NCBI GenBank assembly: GCA_050250375.1 | Contig: JBFWOS010000001.1 | Location: 894,361-958,360, forward strand | Direction of reading: 5' to 3' | Origin: Candidatus Omnitrophota bacterium | Lineage (GTDB): Bacteria; Omnitrophota; Gorgyraeia; Zapsychrales; Zapsychraceae | DNA: 64,000 nucleotides | The notes under the pieces: generated by a model | The model's database searches: none | What the model was told of the DNA's origin: nothing | Seen by the model: only the letters and a program-made list of their open reading frames with translations | Shown here: piece after piece, positions 38,439 through 48,484 of the stretch | Numbering within the stretch: position 1 is the stretch's first letter | Layout of the letters: each line of letters opens with the position of its first letter | Made by a program: the position numbers and the translations under genes

Positions 38439-40268
38439 CTATTTCTGTACAATCGTAAAATGAAATATACTTCCCTTCCCGGGTTCAGATTCAATCCAAA
38501 TCCTTCCTTTGTAATTCTCGACGATCTTTTTGCACAGGGACAATCCAATCCCGGTTCCCGGATACTTTTTATTTGAATGTAAGCGTTGAAATATGACAAA
38601 AATTTTATCTGAAAACCTGGGATCAATCCCGATCCCGTTGTCTTTGACGCTGAATTGCCAATGCTCCGTTTTCTTTTGACAGGCCACCGCTATGACCGGC
38701 GCTTTGTCCTGTTCCCTGAATTTCAAGGCATTAAGGATCAAATTCTGAAACAGCTGCACCATCTGCGCCCGGTTGACAGTCAACACCGGAAGCGGATCGA
38801 CTTTTATGTCCGCGTGTGTTTCCTTAATCGAAAAATCCAGATCCGCCAGCACCTGCGCCATCACGCCGTTTAAATCAACCTCCTCAAAAGCCGTATCTTT
38901 CTTCCCGACCCGGGAATATTGCAAGAGGGCTTCAATCAAAGTCTGCATCCGCAATGCGCCGTCGTTCGCGAAATGGATATATTCCCTGGCTTTGTCATCA
39001 AGCTGGTCTTTGTATTTCTTTTCCAGCAACTGAGTGAAACCGGACACCATCCGTAACGGTTCCTGCAGGTCATGCGAAGCAACATACGCAAATTCTTCAA
39101 GCTCTTTATTTGACCGCTCCAACTCCGCCTTGGCGAATTGTGTTTCCTTAAGGGATTTCTCCAACCGGTCCGCGTATTCAACGGCGTCTTTTCTGGCTTT
39201 CTCGGCCACGCTGGTCATATACTTTAATTCTTCATTCTGGACTAAAACCAAGCCTTGATGCTCTTTTTCTATCTGTTTCAGGTTAAAATTGATCGCGATG
39301 ACAAGGGTAACAAGAAATCCGCAGAACAATAACATGAACGGCTGTTGGTTGTTCTTCGACAACAGGTATTCACTCGTCGGCTCTATGATCAATGTCCATG
39401 TACGTCCGGCAAAAAATAAGGTTTCAGTGGCCGTATACCTTTTGTCGGTGTTCACCTTTCCTTTTTCAAAAACACTTGCATAGACCGGGCCATTGTCTTT
39501 TTCATCCGCCGATTCATCTGTGATCCTTAGAGTTAACTTCTTAGCGAGTAAATCCCGCTGAATCGCCTCAAAGGTTCGATCGAGATTAAAAATACCCACC
39601 ATATATCCGGCCGGATGACCTTCATTCCGAGTCGTTCCCTCACCCTTGAAAACCGGGACATAGATGACAAAATCGGTATTGTTACCCTTCTTCCGTGATA
39701 CGGACAAAGGATCCCCGGCAGGCCCCTGCCTTCCGGAGTTAATGACGGTCTGCAGCCTGGTGTCACTTGAAGCCGCATCATAACCCAAGACCTCTTTGTT
39801 GCTTTCAAAAGGCTCGACATAATGGACAGGAAAATATCCCGTCCTGTTTGCGGCGGAAATTATCCGATCCTGCGAGTCTCTTTCCGTTATTTGAAAGTTT
39901 ATAAAACCTTCTTGCCGAATTTCTGATTCATAAGCGCTTCTCTGACCAGAATCGACAAAAGGCGCCCATTGCAGCGCCTGAATATTATTAAATTTTTTTA
40001 AAAAATGCCCGGCAAATGTCTTAAATTCATCCCGCGTAACAACCATTGACGAAAGATAAAAAACCTTGAGCGTGTCCAGGACTCCAAGATTTTGGTATAA
40101 CGCATCTTCAACATCCTGAAAAATCTTCCGGCTCTCCTGATAAATGTCCTGTTTGACCTGGAGGCGCTCCATTCTTTTAGTCACAAAAAACAAAACAAGA
40201 CTGAGAAACACCCCCACCACAATCAAAACCATTAACCGTATAAAATTTTTCTTATTGGGCAGAGTCAT
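38439..40268 (-). CDS. CHASE-domain sensor histidine kinase
   Basis: TM segment, a periplasmic CHASE-like domain (YFPVHYVEPFESNKEVLGYD), a second TM segment, a coiled coil, HisKA ASHDLQEPLR and HATPase_c. Confidence 0.8.
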   Translation of the reverse strand: MTLPNKKNFIRLMVLIVVGVFLSLVLFFVTKRMERLQVKQDIYQESRKIFQDVEDALYQNLGVLDTLKVFYLSSMVVTRDEFKTFAGHFLKKFNNIQALQWAPFVDSGQRSAYESEIRQEGFINFQITERDSQDRIISAANRTGYFPVHYVEPFESNKEVLGYDAASSDTRLQTVINSGRQGPAGDPLSVSRKKGNNTDFVIYVPVFKGEGTTRNEGHPAGYMVGIFNLDRTFEAIQRDLLAKKLTLRITDESADEKDNGPVYASVFEKGKVNTDKRYTATETLFFAGRTWTLIIEPTSEYLLSKNNQQPFMLLFCGFLVTLVIAINFNLKQIEKEHQGLVLVQNEELKYMTSVAEKARKDAVEYADRLEKSLKETQFAKAELERSNKELEEFAYVASHDLQEPLRMVSGFTQLLEKKYKDQLDDKAREYIHFANDGALRMQTLIEALLQYSRVGKKDTAFEEVDLNGVMAQVLADLDFSIKETHADIKVDPLPVLTVNRAQMVQLFQNLILNALKFREQDKAPVIAVACQKKTEHWQFSVKDNGIGIDPRFSDKIFVIFQRLHSNKKYPGTGIGLSLCKKIVENYKGRIWIESEPGKGSIFHFTIVQK

Positions 40269-40569
40269 TCTCGATATAAATATTTACATTCAATTAAAAT
40301 ATTTTTTCTGATTTTTCATGCATTCCCTGTCCCGGGGATAAAAACATATGGATGAATGGACAAAACTTAATCAATGCTGTTGGGCGGGTTTACGAGTTAG
40401 CCATAACAAAATTCCGATGAAATACCCGTTTTTACCTGTAATGCTGAGATGTCAATTTCATTATAATCATTAGTATATATCAACCGTGTGAACTTGGGAT
40501 ATTTCTTTTTTTTGTTTTCTTAAATACAACAGATAAAATTAAATTCACGGATTATTCTCGGCCATAGAA

Positions 40570-41184
40570 CTACGGATTCTTCCTGGGTATTTTAATCACC
40601 AGACGGCCTGTTTCTTTTTCCGTTTTAATTTTTGTTACATCCGCATCTTCCGGCAGCGGAACAGTCTTCATGAAACTGCCGTATGCCTGCGATTGTGAAT
40701 ACCCATTGGGATTTTTCTGTTCATTTCTCAAGGTTTGTTCACCTTTGAGCGTGATGGAATGTTCGTTAATCTGGACATCAATTTTGTCCTGGTCTAATCC
40801 GGTCATATTGAACGTAATAATATACCCGTCTTCATTTTCTCTGAAGTCAAGGTTGGTATCAAAGTTCATCATGCTGCTGACTATACCTGACCCGGGCTGA
40901 TTGGAAAGATTAAGGGATTTCTGAAAGGTCTGGTCCATTTCTTCCTGAAAGCGTTCCATATCAACGAACGGATCTTCATCAACCGTGTCGGACGGATTCA
41001 TCCGAACACGGCTGATCCCGACAACCGGCCGGGTCTTAATTGCTTCCAGTTCCTCCACTCTTTTCTTTAAGACTTCAATCTGCCTTTTTAATTCATTGAC
41101 ATCTTCTTCCGGGTACGCCGAAAGACCGGAAGACAAAAGCAGCCACCCGCTCAGCATGGCGGTATAAATAACTTTCTTCCCCAT
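40570..41184 (-). CDS. periplasmic Hsp20/alpha-crystallin family protein
   Basis: Internal Met MGKKVIYTAMLSGWLLLSSGLSA forms a signal peptide. A coiled coil follows, then an alpha-crystallin domain with the C-terminal GRLVIKIP motif. Confidence 0.65.
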   Translation of the reverse strand: MGKKVIYTAMLSGWLLLSSGLSAYPEEDVNELKRQIEVLKKRVEELEAIKTRPVVGISRVRMNPSDTVDEDPFVDMERFQEEMDQTFQKSLNLSNQPGSGIVSSMMNFDTNLDFRENEDGYIITFNMTGLDQDKIDVQINEHSITLKGEQTLRNEQKNPNGYSQSQAYGSFMKTVPLPEDADVTKIKTEKETGRLVIKIPRKNP

Positions 41185-41393
41185 ATAATTGTCTCCTCTC
41201 GATTTTAAAAAAATATAGAATTTCCTGCGGTTACAAATATTTATCATCCCCTGGTATTTTATGTCAATTCATTTTTAATTCCGGTCGCTGTCTTTCAAAA
41301 AAACATCAAAAACTTTATACTTGACGATCGGGTGTTTTTAAATTAAATTCTGTTAAATAGCTTTTATTAACTTTCTAACAAAGGATGGACCAA

Positions 41394-41603
41394 ATGGCCA
41401 AGGGTAAAGAAAAAGAAATGTTATTAGTTGGTTCCAAGACCAAAGAAGCCCTGAAAGCAGGCGGAAAAGAAACTTATAATGTTTCCTCTGATGCATTGGA
41501 TGCATTAAATGAATACGTGTACTGGCTGGTTGACCAGGCCCAGAAAAAATGTACCGCCAACGGAAGAAAAACGATCCGGTCATATGATATCCTAGCGTGC
41601 TAA
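41394..41603 (+). CDS. small histone-fold protein (DUF1931/HBb-like bacterial histone)
   Basis: MAKGKEKEMLLVGSKTKEALK...NVSSDALDALNEYV...ANGRKTIRSYDI matches the bacterial histone-fold pattern (LVV.SK.K...; ADGRKTV..RD). AAGGATGG lies 6 nt before the ATG at 41394. A strong terminator follows. Confidence 0.55.
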   Translation: MAKGKEKEMLLVGSKTKEALKAGGKETYNVSSDALDALNEYVYWLVDQAQKKCTANGRKTIRSYDILAC

Positions 41604-41621
41604 TTTCTTGAACGTGAAAAA

Positions 41622-41650
41622 GCCCGGCTGGTTTCAGCCGGGCTTTTTTT
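41622..41650. terminator. bidirectional rho-independent terminator (GCCCGGCTG-gttt-CAGCCGGGC + T7)
   Basis: 9-bp GC-rich stem and 4-nt loop, flanked by A5 upstream and T7 downstream. It sits between the convergent histone-fold and glycosidase genes. Confidence 0.8.
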
Positions 41651-43640
41651 ATTTCCGGGACCAGTGCTCCTTAAACATAAAATAAGCCTCGCGTAATCTC
41701 CGTTCAAAAGGGCTGTGGCGGCCGCTCCCCTGTCCGATAATACCGAACCATTCCTCATGGTCATATCCGTCAAAAAAGGCGGCCGGAAACTGCGGGGCCG
41801 TCTGCTGTTCATCAACCGGGTGATTATGCGTGTCTTTCCACCATTCATCCAGATATTCAAAAATAACTCCCCCGATCGAATTTCCGGCGTAGGGACCGCC
41901 CGCCTGGTTTAAAACGATATCCCTTAAATTGCCGAAATAATAATCCCGCTGGGCTTCCTCATTGGTTCGGCCCAGATTCTTGTCATAAACATCCGCCCCG
42001 TATTCCGTCACCAGGACCGGCCGGTCAAATGTCCGCTTGACCTCTTCCCACATCGTTCCAAAACCGCCCTGCCCCGGATAGGCATTGACCCCGAGAATAT
42101 CAATCGCCGGGGCATATTGGTTGTAAAAGTCAATCAAGCCCAGCCGGACATTGCCGACAGCCACCGGATGGTTGGAGTCCAATTCATGGATCATCAAAGC
42201 CACCTCATTCAAAAATTCAGCATAAGCTTGTGGATGAAGGGCCGCTTTAGTCCTGGTCGCATTGACGCCCATATAATCAAGCGGCATATTATTCTCATTT
42301 CCAAGAAGCCACATCAAAATAAACGGTTCATCTTTTAAATCCATCACCTTTTGGCGGACAATCTCCTTCATCGATGCGCGTTGGGCTGGATCCTCATAAT
42401 CAGTCCCGACCATCCAATCTGCTCCGGAACCAAGCGTGTAGGCCCCGAGGAAATCTCCGGCAATAACCCGGATGCCGTACCGCTGGTGCATATCCCTCAA
42501 CAATTCTTTATTGATCAATTGCGGATCGTACTCCGTGCGGGATTTATTGGGGATGTATAAACGCACCGCGTTTACGCCCATCTCTTTCATGATCTGAAAA
42601 TCACCAACCGGCAATTCATCAGCATCCTGAATTTCGTTACCATTCCGGTCAACCCAGGCTTCATAAGGGGCATCAATAACGCCGTTGTTATTTTTATCCC
42701 TGAACATCCAGCGCTGGTCAAAATTCGGGTCATTTTGCGGACCGATGCCGATTTCCGTCGGTCCGTAGGTTACACCATTCACCGTAAACGGTTTATCATC
42801 CACCAGCAATTGCCAGTGACCATTGCCGTATTTTACAAGCTTAACTGCTCCGTTCCCTCTTTGTTCGGCAATCTCTTCAACCGTGAGATCAGGCAGGGAC
42901 ATTATTTTCTCTTTAAAAGTTTTTTTGATAAACCGGCCCGGGTTAATTTCAATGATGTCATTCGCCAGATTCGTGTCTTCCCCATTAGTCACTTTGAAAT
43001 ACGAATCGCTGTATTCCAAATTTAATGACGGATAATCCCGGCATAGCCGGCTAATGGCGCCGATGGCGGCTGGAGCAATGTACCAAACAAAACTCTGGTC
43101 CCGGGCCCAGCCGGCTGATCGTGGAAAATGCACGACCGCTGAATAATAAGCCTTGATGGCCTGTAATATATGCCCTGATCTCTCCAAAACAACCCCGGTA
43201 AAATAAGCTTTGACCCCCGGGTCATCCGAAACGGTGGCCCATTTATAGAAGGCGAGTTTCTTATTGTCAGAGTCCAGTAATTTCCAATGGGATTCGTTTA
43301 ACAATCCCTGGTCCGACATACTTTTAAAATCAGGTTCGGCGCGGACTGCGTTCTGGTTCGGGTATATCCCCGCGCCGACATCTCGTTTCAACGTCTCTTT
43401 ATCCCGGATTCGGTATTCGTAATCGGCTTTTCCCAAATGTAGAAATTCGCCATATTCGGCATAGTCCAATCCGTCGTTTTTTCCCGTGTCCGAAATAACA
43501 AACTCTTGATCCGGAAGGGAGAATCCTTCAAGCATTTTATTTAACAATGGATCATTTGAATTCAGACGCGGTTCCCGGCAGGCAAGGCAACTGGCAAGAA
43601 TCAAAAATATAAATAACCTTTTAGGGATAAACTGATCCAT
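41649..43640 (-). CDS. secreted TIM-barrel glycoside hydrolase (GH2/GH5-like)
   Basis: Signal or lipoprotein-like N-terminus (LILASCLAC). GVNAVRLY, WLLGNENN (acid/base-like) and VTEYG (nucleophile-like) motifs. Confidence 0.65.
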   Translation of the reverse strand: MDQFIPKRLFIFLILASCLACREPRLNSNDPLLNKMLEGFSLPDQEFVISDTGKNDGLDYAEYGEFLHLGKADYEYRIRDKETLKRDVGAGIYPNQNAVRAEPDFKSMSDQGLLNESHWKLLDSDNKKLAFYKWATVSDDPGVKAYFTGVVLERSGHILQAIKAYYSAVVHFPRSAGWARDQSFVWYIAPAAIGAISRLCRDYPSLNLEYSDSYFKVTNGEDTNLANDIIEINPGRFIKKTFKEKIMSLPDLTVEEIAEQRGNGAVKLVKYGNGHWQLLVDDKPFTVNGVTYGPTEIGIGPQNDPNFDQRWMFRDKNNNGVIDAPYEAWVDRNGNEIQDADELPVGDFQIMKEMGVNAVRLYIPNKSRTEYDPQLINKELLRDMHQRYGIRVIAGDFLGAYTLGSGADWMVGTDYEDPAQRASMKEIVRQKVMDLKDEPFILMWLLGNENNMPLDYMGVNATRTKAALHPQAYAEFLNEVALMIHELDSNHPVAVGNVRLGLIDFYNQYAPAIDILGVNAYPGQGGFGTMWEEVKRTFDRPVLVTEYGADVYDKNLGRTNEEAQRDYYFGNLRDIVLNQAGGPYAGNSIGGVIFEYLDEWWKDTHNHPVDEQQTAPQFPAAFFDGYDHEEWFGIIGQGSGRHSPFERRLREAYFMFKEHWSRK

Positions 43641-43724
43641 CAGGATGATTATAGCGGAAAACCCTTTGCATAGTAAATCTTAAATGCAACCCGGGAACAG
43701 GTCACAGGGTTAAGGAAAATCAGG

Positions 43725-44138
43725 TTAATACCGGTAGTTGATATTCGTCAGACAACGTTTGCCCTGAAAAAACTTTTGCGCGAATTTTTTCACCACTTCA
43801 AGGTCATACGCTTTGCAACTGAACACATCAAGATACACAGTATTTGTGAGGTTAGCAAAATGAGCCGATATGAGGGAAGTTTCGATCAGCTGAACCATTG
43901 AAAATCCGGCCACCCGTTCTTCTTCTCCAAAATGGACAACTTGTGTTTCACCGAACCGTTTCATCTCGATCAATTCGCACAGTTCTTTCACAAATTGTTT
44001 GATCTTGCCCGCATCACGGATGGTCTGGGGATCGCATTCATAAATATCAATGCTGCTGGCAATGCCCCAGACATTCTGCTGTTTTGCTTTTTTTAATATT
44101 TCTTTTTTAGTCGGGATTGTTTCTTGGACTAGGTTCAA
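43725..44138 (-). CDS. S-adenosylmethionine decarboxylase proenzyme (SpeH/class 1B-like)
   Basis: Size and the IETSLISAHF motif resemble the L.ESHIS.HTWPE self-cleavage region. Confidence 0.55.
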   Translation of the reverse strand: MNLVQETIPTKKEILKKAKQQNVWGIASSIDIYECDPQTIRDAGKIKQFVKELCELIEMKRFGETQVVHFGEEERVAGFSMVQLIETSLISAHFANLTNTVYLDVFSCKAYDLEVVKKFAQKFFQGKRCLTNINYRY

Positions 44139-44652
44139 TTATGGTTCCTCCTTATTTGTTAGCACAGAGCGTGCAGACAACAGTTATGGTTAGGTTAATC
44201 CCAAGCCGGTTCAGGCTGAACAACTCTAGATCTTTGGAAATTTATTTCTATTTCTTTAACACATTCCAGCCCAAATGTAAACCATTAATAAATTTGGAAT
44301 TTAAAAAAATCATCAACCTACAACCAAAACACATTCGCATACATTTCGCGCATATAATCCTGTCAGACAAAGAACCCGATTCAACGCAACGGACCATAAT
44401 TGACTGATGTATGAATTTCAAATTTTCTTCGAATAAACAAATTCATCTTATAATCTTTATGAACAATTAACCATCTTTTTTTAAGATAATTTAATCACTG
44501 CTTTGACATGAAAATATCGGCCGTTATATCTTTTACGTCGCTATCCCCATTAAATTTACCGACGAGGCGTACAGGAAAAAGATTGGACGATCCCCGGCCA
44601 GATGCGCCCGCCGCATCCTCCCCTCTTTTCCGTAATGTCCGCTTTGACTCCG

Positions 44653-44988
44653 CTACCATTTTTTAAACACAAAAAATACAGCCATAACCATAAACGCGAA
44701 CCCAACGATATAATTCCATTTCAAGTCTTCCTTGAGGTACAACACGGAGAAAACACAAAACACGATCAGCGTGATCACCTCCTGAATGGTTTTCAACTGG
44801 GCCGCGGTAAACTGCCCGTGACCGATGCGGTTGGCCGGCACCTGAAAACAATATTCCGCAAACGCAATCACCCAGCTGATTAAAATCACCTTGAATAAAG
44901 GGGAATCCTTGTATTTCAAATGCCCGTACCAGGCAAACGTCATAAAAATATTCGAGATGGTCAGTAATATGATGGTTTTCATTGCCAC
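44653..44988 (-). CDS. small DMT-superfamily (EamA/DUF486-like) membrane protein
   Basis: 111 aa with 4 TM helices. Confidence 0.55.
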   Translation of the reverse strand: MAMKTIILLTISNIFMTFAWYGHLKYKDSPLFKVILISWVIAFAEYCFQVPANRIGHGQFTAAQLKTIQEVITLIVFCVFSVLYLKEDLKWNYIVGFAFMVMAVFFVFKKW

Positions 44989-45047
44989 TTGTATCCTTTT
45001 AATTTAACATCGGCCGGATAAATATACTTGCTGGTTACAAGCACACG

Positions 45048-46547
45048 TCATTCTGTTAATGGTGTTATCCTTAAAAGATCGTTCTGGACAACAACCTGTT
45101 TAAGACAGCCCAAATGCCAGTCCTCAATCATTCTGCTGCCGACTATTTCCAAACGATAGTTCTTAACCATAAATTTTCGGAAAAGATCTTTTCTGTCCAA
45201 TAATCCGTATTTCGTGACATACACCGGGATACCTTGTCTCAGCAAGTTGTCCAAATCATTTTTAAAAACATCCAGTGTTTCCGGAGTTAATTGAGAATAC
45301 CCTACCGCGGGTCCGAAGGGTTTGCGTTTGGCATAATAATAAATCCAGATTGAATGGTCCCGTTCAATGATGAGCGAATTTTCTTCCGTAGCAACATTAA
45401 CCCATTGAAAAAATTCGGGCAAAAGGGCATTCTGATGACGAAAAAGAAACATCGGATAATACCGGTTCAAATTGATCAATACAAACAATAATATGACCGG
45501 AATACTCAATTTCGCCCACCTATTGTTTGTTTTCAATAAAATGTTTATACAATAAGACTCCATGATGATCAATGGTATAAAACTTATAATCATCAAGCGG
45601 AATACAAAAAAACTGAGAAAACTGAAGATGACGGCCGGAATAATGATCCATAACAACAAAAATAAAATTTTCTTCCGTTCGATTTGAATAATCAAAAACA
45701 CCAACCCTCCTGCCATCAAAACCCACTCTAGCGGAGAAAATACGGTCAGCACATCCGTAAAAATATTGATCAATGCTGTAAATGTCAAACCTTTTATATG
45801 ATTCGTAAAATTAGCCTGTACATAGCCAATGAAAGAACTGTCTCCCGTAGGGAGATTAGGGATCACAAATTTTGGGACGTAAGCAATCAAAATAACACCC
45901 AAACAGGAGAAAAGCGGAACGGTGATATATTTCAACAGGGTCTGTTTGTCCGATCGAATGGAATTCACTTTGGATAGCCCCAAATAAAGCAGAGGGATAC
46001 TCATGACCATTAAATCTTGTATGCGCGCTGCACCCATACACCCCAGCCACAAGCCGGAAAAGAACAAGTGAGACGTACGACGGCTTTCAGGAAACCGCAG
46101 CAGATAATATATTCCTGTTAATAGAAAGAATACAGCCGGCATGTGGCTGTTACCGAAACTGGATAAACCAATAAAGAATGGGTTAAGGGTTAAAAATACC
46201 GCGCTGATCAGAGCCGTCCGGATGTCAGTAAGTTGCTTCACACAAAAAAACATCGCTACGACGCACATTGATCCAAACCATACGCTCATAAAATTAACGG
46301 CAAAGACAGGAGCATTGACGGAAAAAATCTGGAACAACCACACGAAAGACGCCCCGAGAACAACCGTTAACGGAAGTCCCGAACTCTGCAGATAGTGCAT
46401 CTGATGCGTCCTGACGATTTTTTCAGATTGAATAGCCAGATACAGACAATCGGAAGTATAGGGACCAAGGCTGATAAAAAACAATCTGAGCAAAAAACTG
46501 AAAATAAAAAGAATGGCAAGCCACAGCAGAATTTTTTGATTGGCCAT
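45048..46547 (-). CDS. polytopic membrane protein, GT-C/ArnT-PMT-like
   Basis: About 13 TM helices with an N-terminal loop pattern typical of 4-amino-arabinose/mannosyl-transferase-like proteins. It is the third such protein in the window. Confidence 0.55.
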   Translation of the reverse strand: MANQKILLWLAILFIFSFLLRLFFISLGPYTSDCLYLAIQSEKIVRTHQMHYLQSSGLPLTVVLGASFVWLFQIFSVNAPVFAVNFMSVWFGSMCVVAMFFCVKQLTDIRTALISAVFLTLNPFFIGLSSFGNSHMPAVFFLLTGIYYLLRFPESRRTSHLFFSGLWLGCMGAARIQDLMVMSIPLLYLGLSKVNSIRSDKQTLLKYITVPLFSCLGVILIAYVPKFVIPNLPTGDSSFIGYVQANFTNHIKGLTFTALINIFTDVLTVFSPLEWVLMAGGLVFLIIQIERKKILFLLLWIIIPAVIFSFLSFFVFRLMIISFIPLIIMESYCINILLKTNNRWAKLSIPVILLFVLINLNRYYPMFLFRHQNALLPEFFQWVNVATEENSLIIERDHSIWIYYYAKRKPFGPAVGYSQLTPETLDVFKNDLDNLLRQGIPVYVTKYGLLDRKDLFRKFMVKNYRLEIVGSRMIEDWHLGCLKQVVVQNDLLRITPLTE

Positions 46548-46617
46548 AGTTAAAATGTTTTCTTCAGATGGACATGGTGCTCATTAACTATATCTCTCCC
46601 CTTACCGGTCGAAAGGG

Positions 46618-47025
46618 TTACTTGCAATTTTTCCAAATCAAGTGGTCCAGACTGAATCTCCCCGGCCCCAGAAAGATAACGGATCCGGAAACAGCCCAAT
46701 ACGCCAGCGCCAATTCTTTCTTTTTAAACGGATCAGGCCCGTGTTTAATAAACGCGGCCACCGTCATGGTAAAGAAAACCATTAAAGCCGCCGTCCGGGT
46801 GAAAAGCCCCAATACAATAAATATTCCCCCTAAAAATTCAGAAAGCGCCGCGGCCCACGCGAACACTTCCGGCATGGGAAAACCCATCGCCGCAACACCC
46901 TCTGTAAACTGCCCGATTTTTCCGCCGAAAACTTTTCCATAACCGTGATAAGCGATACCGCTCCCCGCCAAAACCCTCAGCCATAATATACCGAAATCCG
47001 TCAATAATTCTTTATTCATTCTCAT
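46618..47025 (-). CDS. DoxX family membrane protein
   Basis: The ILWLRVLAGSGIAYHGYGKVFGG start is characteristic of DoxX. Confidence 0.8.
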   Translation of the reverse strand: MRMNKELLTDFGILWLRVLAGSGIAYHGYGKVFGGKIGQFTEGVAAMGFPMPEVFAWAAALSEFLGGIFIVLGLFTRTAALMVFFTMTVAAFIKHGPDPFKKKELALAYWAVSGSVIFLGPGRFSLDHLIWKNCK

Positions 47026-47045
47026 TTATTCCCCTTAAATTCAAC

Positions 47046-47360
47046 TTACAATTTCAAACCGTATGTATTATTAATATACTGCGTAATACTTTGAGCTGTC
47101 TGAGACGGCATCTTGACTTCTTCAACACAATTAATCTTCCAACCCTGTGCGACCGCGACCGCTTTTCCCAACAATCGGTAATGGAATTCAAACCGGTTCA
47201 TCTCCGTGACCGTGCTCAAGTCTTCGCCGGCGAGCGCAAAATCAAGAATAATCCGGGACAATGACTCCAGGTCAACGACATGATAGCGGTCTTTATTGCT
47301 GAACAGATCTTTGACGGCCTGGGTTATGCTCGCGCGGGTGCTGCTCTCAAATTCGTTCAT
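47046..47360 (-). CDS. hypothetical cytoplasmic protein
   Basis: 104-aa ORF at the distal end of the pilus-like cluster. Confidence 0.4.
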   Translation of the reverse strand: MNEFESSTRASITQAVKDLFSNKDRYHVVDLESLSRIILDFALAGEDLSTVTEMNRFEFHYRLLGKAVAVAQGWKINCVEEVKMPSQTAQSITQYINNTYGLKL

Positions 47361-47493
47361 TCAACAATACCCCCATTAATATTTTGTTATTATCTGCTTC
47401 TTCCGCAATCGGAAAGCTTAAACATTCTAACATTCATCCGGTGACAAGTCTTTTATTTTCTGCGTAAGGGAAAAATCGACAGGAAAATCTATA

Positions 47494-47964
47494 CTAATAC
47501 AAACCGGTTCTCAGTTCGATATGATCCATCCCGTCACTGAGGACAACCACATTTTTCCGGATGGCCATCACAGTATATTCACCGAATGTGTCGTTAACGG
47601 CGACATACCGGTTGTTGATGACGGCGCTGGGATTCTGGTCGTCCCAGAAAATCCCGTTCAAGACCGGATCGGAATCCACGGCTTTATCCTGAGCCAAGGC
47701 GTTATTCGTTTTGAACTCTTCACCGTAATAAAAAGGGTTCCTGCCCCAGCCTTCATCCAATTCCTGCGAAAAGCTCAGAACCGTTACCTTTTTAAGTTGT
47801 TTGGCCAGGACGGTCAATTCGTTTTTCAATAAATCAGCTTCTTTGGTTTCTTTAGTCTTTTTAAAGGGAACCGTGCCCGGGGTATTTGACGCCTTAAACC
47901 ATATCCCCAGCGATATAAATATCAATAGGGGCAGCATTAACTGCAACACTTTATTTTTTTCCAC
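47494..47964 (-). CDS. PilP/GspC-like periplasmic assembly protein
   Basis: N-terminal TM or signal anchor with a small periplasmic beta-rich domain. Position in the cluster supports the call. Confidence 0.45.
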   Translation of the reverse strand: MEKNKVLQLMLPLLIFISLGIWFKASNTPGTVPFKKTKETKEADLLKNELTVLAKQLKKVTVLSFSQELDEGWGRNPFYYGEEFKTNNALAQDKAVDSDPVLNGIFWDDQNPSAVINNRYVAVNDTFGEYTVMAIRKNVVVLSDGMDHIELRTGLY

Positions 47965-48484
47965 GTTTAACGCCTTTGAGATAAATATCCACGTTCAAAC
48001 TGGCCTTGACCGTCGGTTGTATTGTTTCATCTCTGACAATATCAAAACTGCGCACCCGTACGGCCCCCCTTTCCAGATGGTTCAACGCGTCCAGAAATTC
48101 ACCCAGATTAGAATAATCCGACTGTATGTTGAGGTCCAGGGATTGATAAGGAAATTTAACCCGCTTTCTGTCGGTTTTTTCATCAAGACTGATCGTAATG
48201 AATGTTATGCCGTTTTCTTCTCCCAGCCGCATGATTTCATGGATGACCCCGGTGACTTCTTCCTTTGTCACCGGAGCGCCGGCCATTAATTCATTTTTTG
48301 TTTCGTGAAGGACTCCCCTGACCAGGGCCATATCATTTTTAATCCGGAATGTTTCTTGTTCGAGAAGGATAATTTCCTTTTCCTTGGGACGATAGACAAA
48401 GACGAACAATAAAAATAAGGCGCACAGAAAAACGGTCATGGCCGCAACTTTTAATAAACTTTGTTCCCCGTTGAATAATTTCAT
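47951..48484 (-). CDS. PilO/GspM-like inner-membrane assembly protein
   Basis: Single TM segment, coiled coil and periplasmic domain. Size and position are those of PilO or GspM. Confidence 0.55.
   Translation of the reverse strand: MKLFNGEQSLLKVAAMTVFLCALFLLFVFVYRPKEKEIILLEQETFRIKNDMALVRGVLHETKNELMAGAPVTKEEVTGVIHEIMRLGEENGITFITISLDEKTDRKRVKFPYQSLDLNIQSDYSNLGEFLDALNHLERGAVRVRSFDIVRDETIQPTVKASLNVDIYLKGVKRGKK

Noticed and set aside
42117-43035. Several 70-96-aa plus-strand ORFs
   Set aside because: They are antisense within the 663-aa glycoside hydrolase gene and have no independent support.
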